Shown: in pieces, positions 11,501-20,293 of the stretch | Position numbering within the stretch: position 1 is the first letter of the stretch | Layout: each line of letters starts with the position of its first letter | Source of the DNA: Candidatus Latescibacterota bacterium | GTDB lineage: Bacteria; Latescibacterota; UBA2968; UBA8231 | DNA: 64,000 nt | Direction of reading: 5' to 3' | NCBI GenBank assembly: GCA_965197905.1 | Contig: CBDAOB010000004.1 | Span: 640,001 to 704,000, forward strand | The notes under the pieces: model-generated | Seen by the model: the letters and a program-made list of their open reading frames with translations, nothing else | What the model was told of the DNA's origin: nothing | Database searches by the model: none | Translations under genes and position numbers: made by a program

Positions 11501-11740
11501 GGCGATGGCCTGCTCGGCGAGATCGTGAAACTCGGGCTCGTAGTAGAGATCCACGTGCTCGCTCTCGAGAATCCACCAGTCGAAATCCTTGTATCGTACC
11601 TTGTTCTTGCCGAACCCCTGCTGCAGTTGGGAGGTGAGAATGTCCTGCGCCGCGGCGGGACCGACCTGCACCAGGCCCGCAACGAGAATGGCGACAGCAA
11701 GAGGCGCGATGACACGGCTTGCGATCTTCTCAACAGTCAA
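8543..11740 (-). CDS. Peptidase-MA-like / TolB-PD40 propeller / Omp85 (BamA/TamA-type barrel) protein
   Basis: Signal peptide, FGKNKVRY, HELTH...WIMEGQAEY zinc-peptidase motif, PD40 repeats (PAFSPDG, PRWFPDG, PDLSPDG), barrel with LRGY and NAELRVP, C-terminal FGQSF. Confidence 0.85.
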   Translation of the reverse strand: MTVEKIASRVIAPLAVAILVAGLVQVGPAAAQDILTSQLQQGFGKNKVRYKDFDWWILESEHVDLYYEPEFHDLAEQAIAYLEEGYDHISEILHHDLSHRPPVVIFKSHYEFQQTNIIHEFLPPGVAGFAEPLRYRMVIPFSGDLDEFRNVLVHELTHIFQYDILYKGPIKRLSNPLSAPPTWIMEGQAEYTTPGRNTIDEMVLRDAVLTDQLIPLEVMNAAWGTGNVFLGYKQSHSLMEYIADNYGPEKISRILRLWDSQNDSDRLLERLVGLDMGDLHERWSAHMRKQYWPLLQSRDYISEIGKRVAEPDNPYQSYAAPKWSLSGDMLAVLSSDAIEQHVDIIRLRDGSLVERVTTGMHAADYDHLTFGSGTVAWAPDGHTIAFVAKKGSRDQILLWELYDKKLKRQIDFEGLEVIEALDFDIESQRIVFVGSGYGQSDLYTVDISSGDLTQITGTPQRDDHPAFSPDGRYLAYCSKHEGQFDVKVYDFETGKTRTVVQSPTDDMWPRWFPDGKKLLFVSTRDKINDLFVFDLDSGREYRLTRTLSGIMSPDLSPDGQQVVFSTYYQGKRELYRMDIPDGPELERTHSDLLARAKGEEGVPQHGDEPTPQLAYQAADTTAMATSSAHFSKRGDGADGGNRTGTAESVPVLLADMSQGVAQLENSTGSPATTLPAENEPGLEAAQNPTGELTKRRYVPKLEFEGVSLQMGYSSGGFLSSVAQLSMSDLLGNHFLALYTDYVASQDISNDFNFAGSYQYYGGRPTYSAAVFNWNQFFSSDPFGRAGGNIVRSSQRGVILDMSYPVDIYRRVDFNYTFVGEREEEVYSGLRRTPQTDDVLSTSTHLLKAAYVHDSITYGLLGPTAGKRYFLSAGRTLDISADSRSFSHVELDYRHYFRLGRWSVLGTRFSGVGSLGRNSLRYNLGGPAWWQPFYAGFNLNTGPLRGYGWSELQGSRVALMNAELRVPFIRGIAFGWPGSFVIPAIDGTAFLDMGTAWNEGDEINLWPLYDPHAQFEPLGKRNLRASVGFGLMVYFILPMNLEWAKQTDLQGNYSDYRFHFSFGQSF

Positions 11741-12699
11741 CGTTCAGCCCTCCTGCTCCCGTTTCCCATCGATGGGTGCCCCTCACCGCTTCCCTCATCT
11801 GTCGTTGGCTCGGGATCCGCCGGGGTGACGACCGCCGCCGAATCGGGACTGTTCACCTGGTCCATGTCGAAAATTTCTATGCGGCCCAGACTGTCCGGAA
11901 CGGCTCGCCAACGCCGCTCGAGAAGATCGATATTACCGCGGTAGCGACGTTGCTTCGGATTCAACGCGTAGGCGCGACGGTACGCGTCCAGCGCCTCCTC
12001 CTCCTCGCCAAAATGTTCGTAAACGATACCGATGTTGTTGTAGAGGCTGGCAGAGGAGGAATCCTGCTCAATGGCGTGCTCCAAATGGGTACGGGCCTCT
12101 TTCCAAAGTCCGTTCTCTACACACCAGAAGGCGTATTCGTTGATCTGCTTCACGCTGCCTTGTTGTCCCTTGGTCCGCAGTATGCGGGCAGACTTGGTTG
12201 CCACCCGGGTTGGGGCCACAGGTTTCGTCGCGACGCTCTCAGATGCAGACTGCTCCAATTTATCGGGTTCCTCTACCAGTTCTGTTTCGTCAGCTGTATT
12301 CGAAGCCTGGCCAACGGGGGCTCGTTGGGTCACCTGCTGCGTTGCAGTTGAATCCGGACGGATTCCTTTGGCGTTTTCTCGCGGTTCACCGTCTAGCTCC
12401 GCCGCCACGATCTCCGCCGCGGGATCCGCTGTGGGGGCCGGTTGTGTGTCTGCAGCTGCGGTCGAGCCAGAGGGCGGCGTCACTTCGACGGCGGAACTGT
12501 CTGGCGCGTTTAACGCCGGGTCTGGACCCGCTGCCGCGTTTTCCTCTGCTCTCCCCGTCCCTTGGACATTCTGAGCTTGGGCAGGGTTCCCGTTGTCGAG
12601 CTCCGGCACGGGATGGGGATGCCGGCGGATGAGCTCCAAACAGCCGCTGGCAACCAGACCAGTGATGACACAGGGAATCAAGACGCGAGACGCAATCAA
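11737..12699 (-). CDS. TPR-containing lipoprotein
   Basis: Lipobox VASG-C, acidic/Pro linker, TPR helices (LYNNIGIVYE...ALDAYRRAYALNP). Confidence 0.75.
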   Translation of the reverse strand: MIASRVLIPCVITGLVASGCLELIRRHPHPVPELDNGNPAQAQNVQGTGRAEENAAAGPDPALNAPDSSAVEVTPPSGSTAAADTQPAPTADPAAEIVAAELDGEPRENAKGIRPDSTATQQVTQRAPVGQASNTADETELVEEPDKLEQSASESVATKPVAPTRVATKSARILRTKGQQGSVKQINEYAFWCVENGLWKEARTHLEHAIEQDSSSASLYNNIGIVYEHFGEEEEALDAYRRAYALNPKQRRYRGNIDLLERRWRAVPDSLGRIEIFDMDQVNSPDSAAVVTPADPEPTTDEGSGEGHPSMGNGSRRAER

Positions 12700-15503
12700 T
12701 TGAGCCCTCTTTCCCTCCAGATTTCAGCCGCTTTCAACGCCGAGACGTTGCGGACGAGCAGCTGGTTGTCCAGCAGAACAGCCAGATCATTCGGAGCTAT
12801 ACCCAGCGAGTCCCTCTTGGCTTGTCCTTGCTCAAGGAGCAGCAGGCCGGTCCCGTCTCCTGTGTCTTCGACCAACGATGTAGCTTCAATTTGGGCGGCG
12901 GCGGCGGCCTGTCGCCAGTCGTAGGTTGCCCTCTGCGCCAACGCCTTGTTGCTGGCTCTTAGATAGAGGGTAAACCGATTCGGTCGCGAAAGGTTCAACA
13001 CGGCCCTGCGTTCCAGCTCTTCGCGGTCTTCTGCAGGCAGGGAAGGCGGCACGACGTATTGGATCTTGAGATCGACGCCCTCTTGTGCAAACGCGTCGAC
13101 GAACTCCAGGTCAGCGGGAAATTCCCCAAAAGGCAGAAACACGTCGATACGGTCGACGTGTCGCGGACGTAAGAACCAGACGCTTTTTTGGGAAATCCTG
13201 CTGTTCACCACGAAGTCCCCCCCTACCTGATCGACCATTCGGCGCAGCCTGGGAAACCGTGGGCTGCTTGAAAAAGCGTTCGATAAAATATAGGTGGGGA
13301 ACATCGTAACACCATACTGTTTAACGAGTTTTTCACCTTCCAGATCGTCTCCCGAGACGTTTTTTACATCTACCTGGGGGAACAGCTTCATCGTCGAACG
13401 CAGGAAATCCCCGGTGTCGCATTGCCGGCATGCGTCGCTATTGAGCACCGTTAGCGTGAAATCGGCCGGTTCCAGGTATTCGCATTGAGCATTTGAGGAG
13501 TTTGGGTTGCTGCACAGAGCAACAAATCCCGGTCGGTGGGGGCAATCGGCATCAGTGCCGCAATCGGGGATCTGCTGGCACAAGGACGCGTCTACGCCCT
13601 CCGCGCAGAGGTATCGCAGCAGGCTCACTGGTTCGAGGCTCCCCTCATATTCCGTTCCGTCCAGATGAACCGTGGGAGAAACATTTACACCCAGTTGATT
13701 CGCCATACCGATGTTTTCCCGTAAGAGCCGCTCTCCCTCGGGCCCCTTGGCTGCCTGTTCCAGCGCTTCTCCGTCGATTTCGAGCGCCTCGGCGCATGCG
13801 GTCCAATCCCCCGCCGGCCCCTGGTTGCTGCGACAGAGGACGTAGGGGATAAAATTCGCCGGAGCTTCCGACCGCAATACGAGCTGGCGGCGGCTCTCGT
13901 CGATCTCATTCTGTCCGTGCAGACTGAGAAAGGGGCCGTCGCCACTGGAAGTAGATTTTTCGCATCCTTGCCGATTCGAGGCACGGGATCCAATGGAAGA
14001 TACACGTTCGGACAACACCCCAGGTTCCGCGGCGAGATCGGCGATGAAATGCAGGTTCAATCGCAAGTGGTTTTTGAGCTGTTCCGCCAAGGGAAGCAGC
14101 AATGATTCTGCGCGCATGCCGTACGGGCACAAGCTCATCACGAAAAGGTCCAGCACTACTGGATCGGTGCGGTTCGCCCAGCGCTTCGGCCGCTCCTCAC
14201 CCGAATACGGAATCGATCGGCGGTGATTGATCTTGCCGACAAACTCCTCGTCGTGAGTACTGAATTCCGGGCTCATCTCTGGGGTGTGGCACTGCTGGCA
14301 GAATCGAGGACCGACGTCGCGCCGGATGTTCGTCGCCAATGGCCTGGAGATATGGCGCGACCCGGGGCCGTGACAGACCTCACACTGCACTCCGTCGAGC
14401 ACCGGGCTGCGATCGCCGATCTGAAATCCGGACTCGTACCCGAATCCGGTGGTGTGGCAACTCACGCAGTCGGCGAAGAACTGTCGGTTCCGTTGTTGCA
14501 GGGTCGCGTAGGCCACAGCGTGCAGCGAAGCCGACCAGTCATCGTATTCACGTCGATGGCACGGGGCACACGACTCAACTCCTGCGTAGGTCAGGTCGGG
14601 TTTCGATTCCAGGCCGTTCTCAGGCCCAACCCGAGGATCCTGGTCTGCGTGGGGCGCCGAAACCGACCGGTAGAATTCGTCGATGATGTGCTGCACGGTC
14701 GAGAGGACGGGAAGCTCCGCGCCCACGGGAAGCTGCATCACTTCTCCTGCATGTAACCCGACGGCTGATGAGCCCCGGAGATCGATGCGGCCTACGTGAG
14801 TTCCTTTTGAGCGCGCTGAGACCAGCTTCGCTTGCCCGATCCGTGTCTCATCCGGTCCGTGATGACCGACGATGAGGTCAACCGTTGGTAACTGCTGTGC
14901 AAGTTCACGATTTCGTTGCCGCCCGAGGGCACTGAGAACGATGGTGAAATCAACGGCCCCCATGGACTCGATCTGCTGGCGCAATCGGGTCAACGGAGCG
15001 TCGAACAGAGTCCCGTCCTCTGGCGCGACGCCTAGAATGCCCAACCGCCATTCCCCGCGTTGAAGAACGCGATGGGGCGAAATGGAAACACTCGCCGCGC
15101 CGGCTTTCAGGTTGGTCGAAACCAGCGGTAGTGCGAACGGTCTTGCCGCGTCGTAGAGAAACTCCGCTCCGTATGAGAAGTCCGAACTGCTGACGTTGAT
15201 GGCATCGTAGCCAAGCTCGCCCAGTGCTTCCGCGTAGGTTTGCATCCTGGGTTCGTCGCGCTCCTCCCCCGCTTCGAAGAAACCCCCTGCGTCGACCAGA
15301 ACTAGCGACGGGTCGTCGGCTCGAAGCCGAGTCAGCAACGCGCCTCGCCGCGCTACGCCCCCGAGCTGGCCCTCCTGACAGCCGCACACCTCCAAATAGG
15401 CACGGGCGTCACCGGTAAAACAGATACCCAGCTCGCCGTCAGTGGCGAAGGCGACGGCGGTCGCCCAGCACAGGATTCCAAAGAAAAGTGATAGTCGTTT
15501 CAT
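12696..15503 (-). CDS. Secreted fusion: UshA/5'-nucleotidase-like domain + tetraheme cytochrome c + thioredoxin-like domains
   Basis: Start at ATG 15503 (ATGA overlap with the upstream stop) and signal peptide. FTGD...CGC...GGVARR, VDAGG; four CxxCH motifs (CAPCH, CVSCH, CEVCH, CQQCH); DLFVMSLCPYG and SPT thioredoxin-like motifs. Confidence 0.8.
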   Translation of the reverse strand: MKRLSLFFGILCWATAVAFATDGELGICFTGDARAYLEVCGCQEGQLGGVARRGALLTRLRADDPSLVLVDAGGFFEAGEERDEPRMQTYAEALGELGYDAINVSSSDFSYGAEFLYDAARPFALPLVSTNLKAGAASVSISPHRVLQRGEWRLGILGVAPEDGTLFDAPLTRLRQQIESMGAVDFTIVLSALGRQRNRELAQQLPTVDLIVGHHGPDETRIGQAKLVSARSKGTHVGRIDLRGSSAVGLHAGEVMQLPVGAELPVLSTVQHIIDEFYRSVSAPHADQDPRVGPENGLESKPDLTYAGVESCAPCHRREYDDWSASLHAVAYATLQQRNRQFFADCVSCHTTGFGYESGFQIGDRSPVLDGVQCEVCHGPGSRHISRPLATNIRRDVGPRFCQQCHTPEMSPEFSTHDEEFVGKINHRRSIPYSGEERPKRWANRTDPVVLDLFVMSLCPYGMRAESLLLPLAEQLKNHLRLNLHFIADLAAEPGVLSERVSSIGSRASNRQGCEKSTSSGDGPFLSLHGQNEIDESRRQLVLRSEAPANFIPYVLCRSNQGPAGDWTACAEALEIDGEALEQAAKGPEGERLLRENIGMANQLGVNVSPTVHLDGTEYEGSLEPVSLLRYLCAEGVDASLCQQIPDCGTDADCPHRPGFVALCSNPNSSNAQCEYLEPADFTLTVLNSDACRQCDTGDFLRSTMKLFPQVDVKNVSGDDLEGEKLVKQYGVTMFPTYILSNAFSSSPRFPRLRRMVDQVGGDFVVNSRISQKSVWFLRPRHVDRIDVFLPFGEFPADLEFVDAFAQEGVDLKIQYVVPPSLPAEDREELERRAVLNLSRPNRFTLYLRASNKALAQRATYDWRQAAAAAQIEATSLVEDTGDGTGLLLLEQGQAKRDSLGIAPNDLAVLLDNQLLVRNVSALKAAEIWRERGLN

Positions 15504-16810
15504 CGCGGTCGGTTGCGCCATCGCGAATAGGTGGGATAAGCCATCAGCAGCAAGAAAAACGGGGCGAACTGGATCCATTTGACCCAGACATTCTCGACCC
15601 ATATACCCGTCGCGCTGTAGACGGCGATCGCGTTGTAGGACACGAAAACGGCAGCACTTAGAAACGTCCACCCAGGCACTGGAAAAAGGACCTGAAACGG
15701 CAAGATCCATAGGAGGTACCAGGGATGCAGAACCGGCGACAACAACAGGTTCGCGCCCACAATCGTCGCCGCGGCACGGAATGGGTCACGGTAGCGCACA
15801 TACGCCCAGACTAAGGCACCCAATAAGAGTCCGCCGCAGAGCAATTTGGCATCGTAGAGGGCGACGTCGTCCGGATCCAGTCCGGGTTCTTTGATGGCTG
15901 CGTAGAGCAAGGAGAAAACGGCATCGTTAAAGCGCCATTTTGCCAGGAAGATCTGCAGACCGGAGAAGATATCCCGGCCAGCGTCGGCGAAAAGAAGAAG
16001 AGCGACCGCCGTCCCGACGGGAAACCAGAGTAGGGGAAGGCGTGATTTCCATTCGCGCCAACGAGAATCTGCGTCACGCCACAGGATCGGAAGAACGAGG
16101 ATCGGGAGCAGCTTGGCCATGAAAGCGGCGGCCAGACCCCAGGCGGCCGCCGTACGCTGCCGACGCGTCAGTAAGTACAGGGAACTCAACAAGAGGAAAA
16201 CTCCGAAGGTATCGAGATGCCCACTTCCCGCGACCTCGAAGACCGGGAGCGGATTCCACGCATACAACACCACTCGCCGGGGGTCCTCGCCGCAACTCTG
16301 CAATATCCTGACCAACAACAGGATGATCGCGCAGTCGAAGGTCGTGAAGATCGCCTTCATCATGAAGACCGTCGGGGAAACGGCGCAGGCCAGTCGAAAC
16401 AGAATCTGACTCACGGGCGGATAGATCGTCGAGATCTCTTTGTGGTTGATATGCTGCCACGCCTCGTTTCGCAGGAAGAGCAACTCTTCGCTCTCCGGCG
16501 GATGGAGATATGGATTGATGCCGGCTAGCTGCACCCTGCCATCCCACAGATAGCGGTAGAGATCGTCCGAAAGCGAAGGCTCGGTCGGCAACAACGTCAG
16601 GCGGAACAGCAGCGCTGCCGCCACAATCCATCCCACCTTCCATTGAACTCCTCTCCAGACAGCCCTGGAAGCGATCAGATATATGCAGAAAGCAAGGAAA
16701 AGGGCGGACCAGAATTCGGGCATCCGCTGTTTCAGGTCGCCCAAGTAAACGAAGAAGACCAGGGCGGCTTCCATTCCCAGCGCCAGAAACGCGAAGCGGA
16801 TGTAAATCAC
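15500..16810 (-). CDS. Polytopic GT-C type (GT87-like) membrane glycosyltransferase
   Basis: LSDDLYRYLWDG, GINPY, TIYPP, YAWNP, SGHLD and HPWY motifs; many TM helices. Confidence 0.75.
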   Translation of the reverse strand: MIYIRFAFLALGMEAALVFFVYLGDLKQRMPEFWSALFLAFCIYLIASRAVWRGVQWKVGWIVAAALLFRLTLLPTEPSLSDDLYRYLWDGRVQLAGINPYLHPPESEELLFLRNEAWQHINHKEISTIYPPVSQILFRLACAVSPTVFMMKAIFTTFDCAIILLLVRILQSCGEDPRRVVLYAWNPLPVFEVAGSGHLDTFGVFLLLSSLYLLTRRQRTAAAWGLAAAFMAKLLPILVLPILWRDADSRWREWKSRLPLLWFPVGTAVALLLFADAGRDIFSGLQIFLAKWRFNDAVFSLLYAAIKEPGLDPDDVALYDAKLLCGGLLLGALVWAYVRYRDPFRAAATIVGANLLLSPVLHPWYLLWILPFQVLFPVPGWTFLSAAVFVSYNAIAVYSATGIWVENVWVKWIQFAPFFLLLMAYPTYSRWRNRPR

Positions 16811-17301
16811 CGGGTCACTCGCCGTGCTCCGGTGTACCTGTTGACGAAATACGGGTGGGCCATTTCGGTGATCGTGCCACCGCGGCTGGCGCTTGCATGT
16901 GCAAAACGGCCGTCTCCGACGAAGATACCCACGTGTGACACCCCCGGTCCCGAATAGGTGTTCTTGAAGAATACCAGGTCACCCGGTTTCAGATCCTTTT
17001 TCTTCACGATTCTTCCCACCTGAAACATCTCTTTGGAGGTTCTTGGAAGCTCGATGCCGTAGGTCTCGCGAACGATGGCACGGGTGAAGGCTGAACAGTC
17101 CATCCCGGAGCGGGTCGTACCGCCCCATTGATACGGAATCCCGAGATAGGAATCGACTACCTTGCCCAGGTTCTTGCCGCCCCGTTTTCGCTTTTGGAGC
17201 TCAGAGACCACCGCCTCCTGGCCCCCGGATGAAGTGTAGCGCGGAACGGGAGTAATCGAGCCGCACGAAACACCCAGAACCCATAAGATAAGGGCGATCA
17301 C
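16807..17301 (-). CDS. NlpC/P60 family cell-wall peptidase lipoprotein
   Basis: YLGIPYQWGG, GMDCSAF, LKPGDLVFF, SHVGIFVG, FAHAS. Confidence 0.92.
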   Translation of the reverse strand: MIALILWVLGVSCGSITPVPRYTSSGGQEAVVSELQKRKRGGKNLGKVVDSYLGIPYQWGGTTRSGMDCSAFTRAIVRETYGIELPRTSKEMFQVGRIVKKKDLKPGDLVFFKNTYSGPGVSHVGIFVGDGRFAHASASRGGTITEMAHPYFVNRYTGARRVTR

Positions 17302-17470
17302 ACCAGGGTTCGCATGCCTGAGACAACCGCTTGCGGTCCGAATGACGGCGGCCTACCTTCTCGCGCAGGACTCGGGGTCAGCTACAACGCTGCGCGGGGT
17401 TCGATACGGGATCTGGGCTGCGGGGAAGAATTCGTATTTCCTAAATATACACAGTGTTGCAGGTGAAATC

Positions 17471-18019
17471 ATGTCAGACGAGGTGGAATATTCCACGTTA
17501 GGCGCCGGATGCTTCTGGTGCGTCGAAGCGGTTTTTCAGAACCTCAAGGGCGTAGTCAGCGTGGTTTCCGGTTATGCCGGGGGCCATGTCCCTTCGCCTT
17601 CCTATCAACAGATCTGCTCCGGAACTACCGGCCATGCCGAGGTCGCCCGGGTAGGGTTTGATCCGAAGATCCTGGAATTCGCGGAAATCCTCCACGTTTT
17701 CTGGCGCACCCACGATCCCACGACCCTCAATCGCCAGGGGAACGACCAGGGCACCCAGTACCGATCCAGCATCATGTATCATTCGGAGGGGCAGCGGTTG
17801 GTGGCGGAGCGATCCAAAGCTGAAACCGACGCGTCCGACCTGTGGTCCGACCCGATCGTTACCGAGATCGTGCCGCTGGATCAGTTCTACCCGGCGGAGT
17901 CGTATCATCAGAATTACTACCGATCCAACCCGAACCAGCCGTACTGCCAGGTGATCATTGATCCGAAAATCAGAAAGCTGCGCGCTGAGTTCAGCGATCG
18001 GTTGGCGGATCCGGCCTGA
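17471..18019 (+). CDS. msrA: Peptide-methionine (S)-S-oxide reductase
   Basis: GAGCFWCVE, GTTGHAE, HDPTTLNRQGND, FYPAESYHQNYY. ATG at 17471 with an AGGTG RBS. Confidence 0.96.
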   Translation: MSDEVEYSTLGAGCFWCVEAVFQNLKGVVSVVSGYAGGHVPSPSYQQICSGTTGHAEVARVGFDPKILEFAEILHVFWRTHDPTTLNRQGNDQGTQYRSSIMYHSEGQRLVAERSKAETDASDLWSDPIVTEIVPLDQFYPAESYHQNYYRSNPNQPYCQVIIDPKIRKLRAEFSDRLADPA

Positions 18020-18052
18020 GGTACGACGCGGACAGGGTTGGCACGCGGGTGA

Positions 18053-18313
18053 ATGACCGTGGCTGGCAAGGACGTTCGCACTATTTCCATTCATTGCGCC
18101 GGTTGCCGTTCGCTGCTTTACAAGTACCGCAAAGGCGGCCGCGGAGGCCTGGTGAAGTGCAGGCCCGAGCGGATCGTGGAGGATCGAACCAAGGGTGATC
18201 TGAAATGCCCGGACTGCGGCAGTGAGTTTGCTCGTTTCAAGATGATGGGCGGTCACCCTGCGCACAAAATCATTCAAGGCAAGGTGTATACCAAGGGCAT
18301 GTCGCGAAAGTAG
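18053..18313 (+). CDS. Small zinc-ribbon protein
   Basis: CAGC and CPDC pairs in a basic 86-aa ORF that fits the gap between msrA and the aminotransferase. Confidence 0.65.
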   Translation: MTVAGKDVRTISIHCAGCRSLLYKYRKGGRGGLVKCRPERIVEDRTKGDLKCPDCGSEFARFKMMGGHPAHKIIQGKVYTKGMSRK

Positions 18314-18384
18314 CCCATCGACGGCTCAATGGTTCGTTTGGCTTTTGAAGAAGGCAAACGGCCACGCATGACGAAAGGCAACCA

Positions 18385-19719
18385 GTGAAATCCTCGCACG
18401 ACAACATCTTTCATCGCGCCCGGAAGACGGACTGGCCCGTTGTCTCGCACGGAGACGGGGTCTACATCTTCGATACGGAGGGCAGGAAGTACCTCGACGC
18501 CTGCGCCGGGGTCCACGTGGTCAGCATCGGTCACGGCGTTGCCCGAATTGCAGAAGCGATGAAGAAACAAGCCGAAAAGATCTGCTTCCCGTATGGGCGG
18601 TTCCTTTCCGAACCCCAGATCGATTTGGCTGGCCAGGTTGCTCGCATGGCACCCGGAGACCTGTCTCGAGTCTTCTTCGTATCCGGCGGTTCCGAGGCAA
18701 CCGAGGCGGCAATGAAGATGGCGCGGAAATACCATGTAGAGAACGGAGATCACGGCAAATACAGGGTGATCACCAGATGGCAGAGTTGGCATGGAAATAC
18801 CATCGGTGCCCTCTCCATGTCGGGTCGCTCCGTGTGGCGCAACGACTACGCGCCGTACCTGCTCGACTTTCCGCACATCACTCCTCCCATTCCGTACCGC
18901 TGCCCCTATTGCAGCGAGCGGAACGAGTGCCAGCTGAGCTGCGCCGAGGAGCTGGAAAGAACAATAAAGCAGGAGGGGAGCGAAAACATATCCGCTTTCA
19001 TCGCCGAACCGGTGTTGGGCACCTCATGTGCCGGCGTCGCCCCGCCACCGGAGTATTTTCGCATTGTGCGCGAGATCTGCGATCGCCACAACATTCTGTT
19101 TATCGTAGATGAGGTAGTTACCGGATTCGGGCGCACCGGACTGGACTTCGGCATACAGCACTGGGATGTGACGCCGGACATCATTGCCACGGGCAAGGGC
19201 CTCAGCAGCGGTTATACCCCGATCGCGGCCACCATAGCCAGCGAGAAGGTCTACGACGCGATCTATCGCGACAACGACGCTTTCGTTCACGGCCACACCT
19301 ATGGCGCCAACGCGCTTTCCTGCGCCGTGGCCCTCGAAGTGCAGAATTACGTGCGCGAGCACGATCTCGTAGCGCGTTGTCGCAGGATGGGTGACCTGAT
19401 GCTGGAACAGATGAAACCTCTTGAAGAGCTGCCGATGGTGGGCGAGGTGAGGGGGAAAGGGCTTCTTATCGGGGTCGAATTCGTTGCCGACAAAGCGAAA
19501 CGAACACCGTTTGATCCACAGATCGGACTGACGGGGAAAATCGTCAATCGCTGCATGGAAAAGGAGGTGCTCATTATGCCAGGCGCTCCGGGACTCATCG
19601 ATGGCGTCGAGGGCGATCACATTGCCCTCAGTCCCCCGTTCACGATTACCGAGGAGGAGATCGCGCATACGGTGGCGGTAGTGCGCGACAGCATTGGCGA
19701 AATCGCCAGTGAAATCTAA
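18385..19719 (+). CDS. Class III PLP-dependent aminotransferase
   Basis: SGGSEATE, SWHGNT, FIAEP, DEVVTGFGRTG, PDIIATGKGL, HGHTY. Confidence 0.93.
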   Translation: MKSSHDNIFHRARKTDWPVVSHGDGVYIFDTEGRKYLDACAGVHVVSIGHGVARIAEAMKKQAEKICFPYGRFLSEPQIDLAGQVARMAPGDLSRVFFVSGGSEATEAAMKMARKYHVENGDHGKYRVITRWQSWHGNTIGALSMSGRSVWRNDYAPYLLDFPHITPPIPYRCPYCSERNECQLSCAEELERTIKQEGSENISAFIAEPVLGTSCAGVAPPPEYFRIVREICDRHNILFIVDEVVTGFGRTGLDFGIQHWDVTPDIIATGKGLSSGYTPIAATIASEKVYDAIYRDNDAFVHGHTYGANALSCAVALEVQNYVREHDLVARCRRMGDLMLEQMKPLEELPMVGEVRGKGLLIGVEFVADKAKRTPFDPQIGLTGKIVNRCMEKEVLIMPGAPGLIDGVEGDHIALSPPFTITEEEIAHTVAVVRDSIGEIASEI

Positions 19720-19745
19720 CCTGAAAGACCGCTGCGAATCCCACG

Positions 19746-20285
19746 ATGGCTGAAGCGACCGCAAAGATTGGAATCTTGACGGTGTCCGACCGTGCCAGTC
19801 GGGGCGAGTACGAAGACCGGGGTGGACCTGCGATTCGGGAGTACTTGGAGGAGATCCTGACCTCACCGTGGACCGCAGTGCCGCGAGTGATTTCTGATGA
19901 TCAGGACCTGTTAGAGTCGGCGTTGACCGAGCTCTGCGACACCGAATCGTGTTGCCTGATCATCACCACCGGCGGAACCGGTCCCGCGGAGAGGGATGTC
20001 ACTCCAGAGGCGACGGAAGCGGTGTGCGGCAAGATGATGCCCGGGTTCGGCGAACTGATGCGCAAGGTGTCGCTGGAGAAGGTGCCCACCGCGATCCTGT
20101 CGCGGCAGACTGCCGGCATTAGGGGACAGGCGCTCGTCGTCAACCTGCCCGGTCAGCCCAAAGCGATTCGGGAGTGCCTGGATGCGGTGTTCCCCGCTAT
20201 CCCATACTGCGTCGATCTGATTGGCGGACCGTATCTGACCACCGATGAAGACCGGTTGGCTTGTTTCAGACCTAAGAAGAAATAG
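19746..20285 (+). CDS. mog: Molybdopterin adenylyltransferase
   Basis: ILTVSDRAS, TTGGTGPAERDVTPEAT, PGFGELMR, AILSRQ, NLPGQPK. Confidence 0.95.
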   Translation: MAEATAKIGILTVSDRASRGEYEDRGGPAIREYLEEILTSPWTAVPRVISDDQDLLESALTELCDTESCCLIITTGGTGPAERDVTPEATEAVCGKMMPGFGELMRKVSLEKVPTAILSRQTAGIRGQALVVNLPGQPKAIRECLDAVFPAIPYCVDLIGGPYLTTDEDRLACFRPKKK

Positions 20286-20293
20286 GAGAATCG

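Noticed and set aside
15370..15390. Possible selenocysteine in the UshA-like CGC motif
   Set aside because: The codons are TGC GGC TGT with no in-frame TGA.
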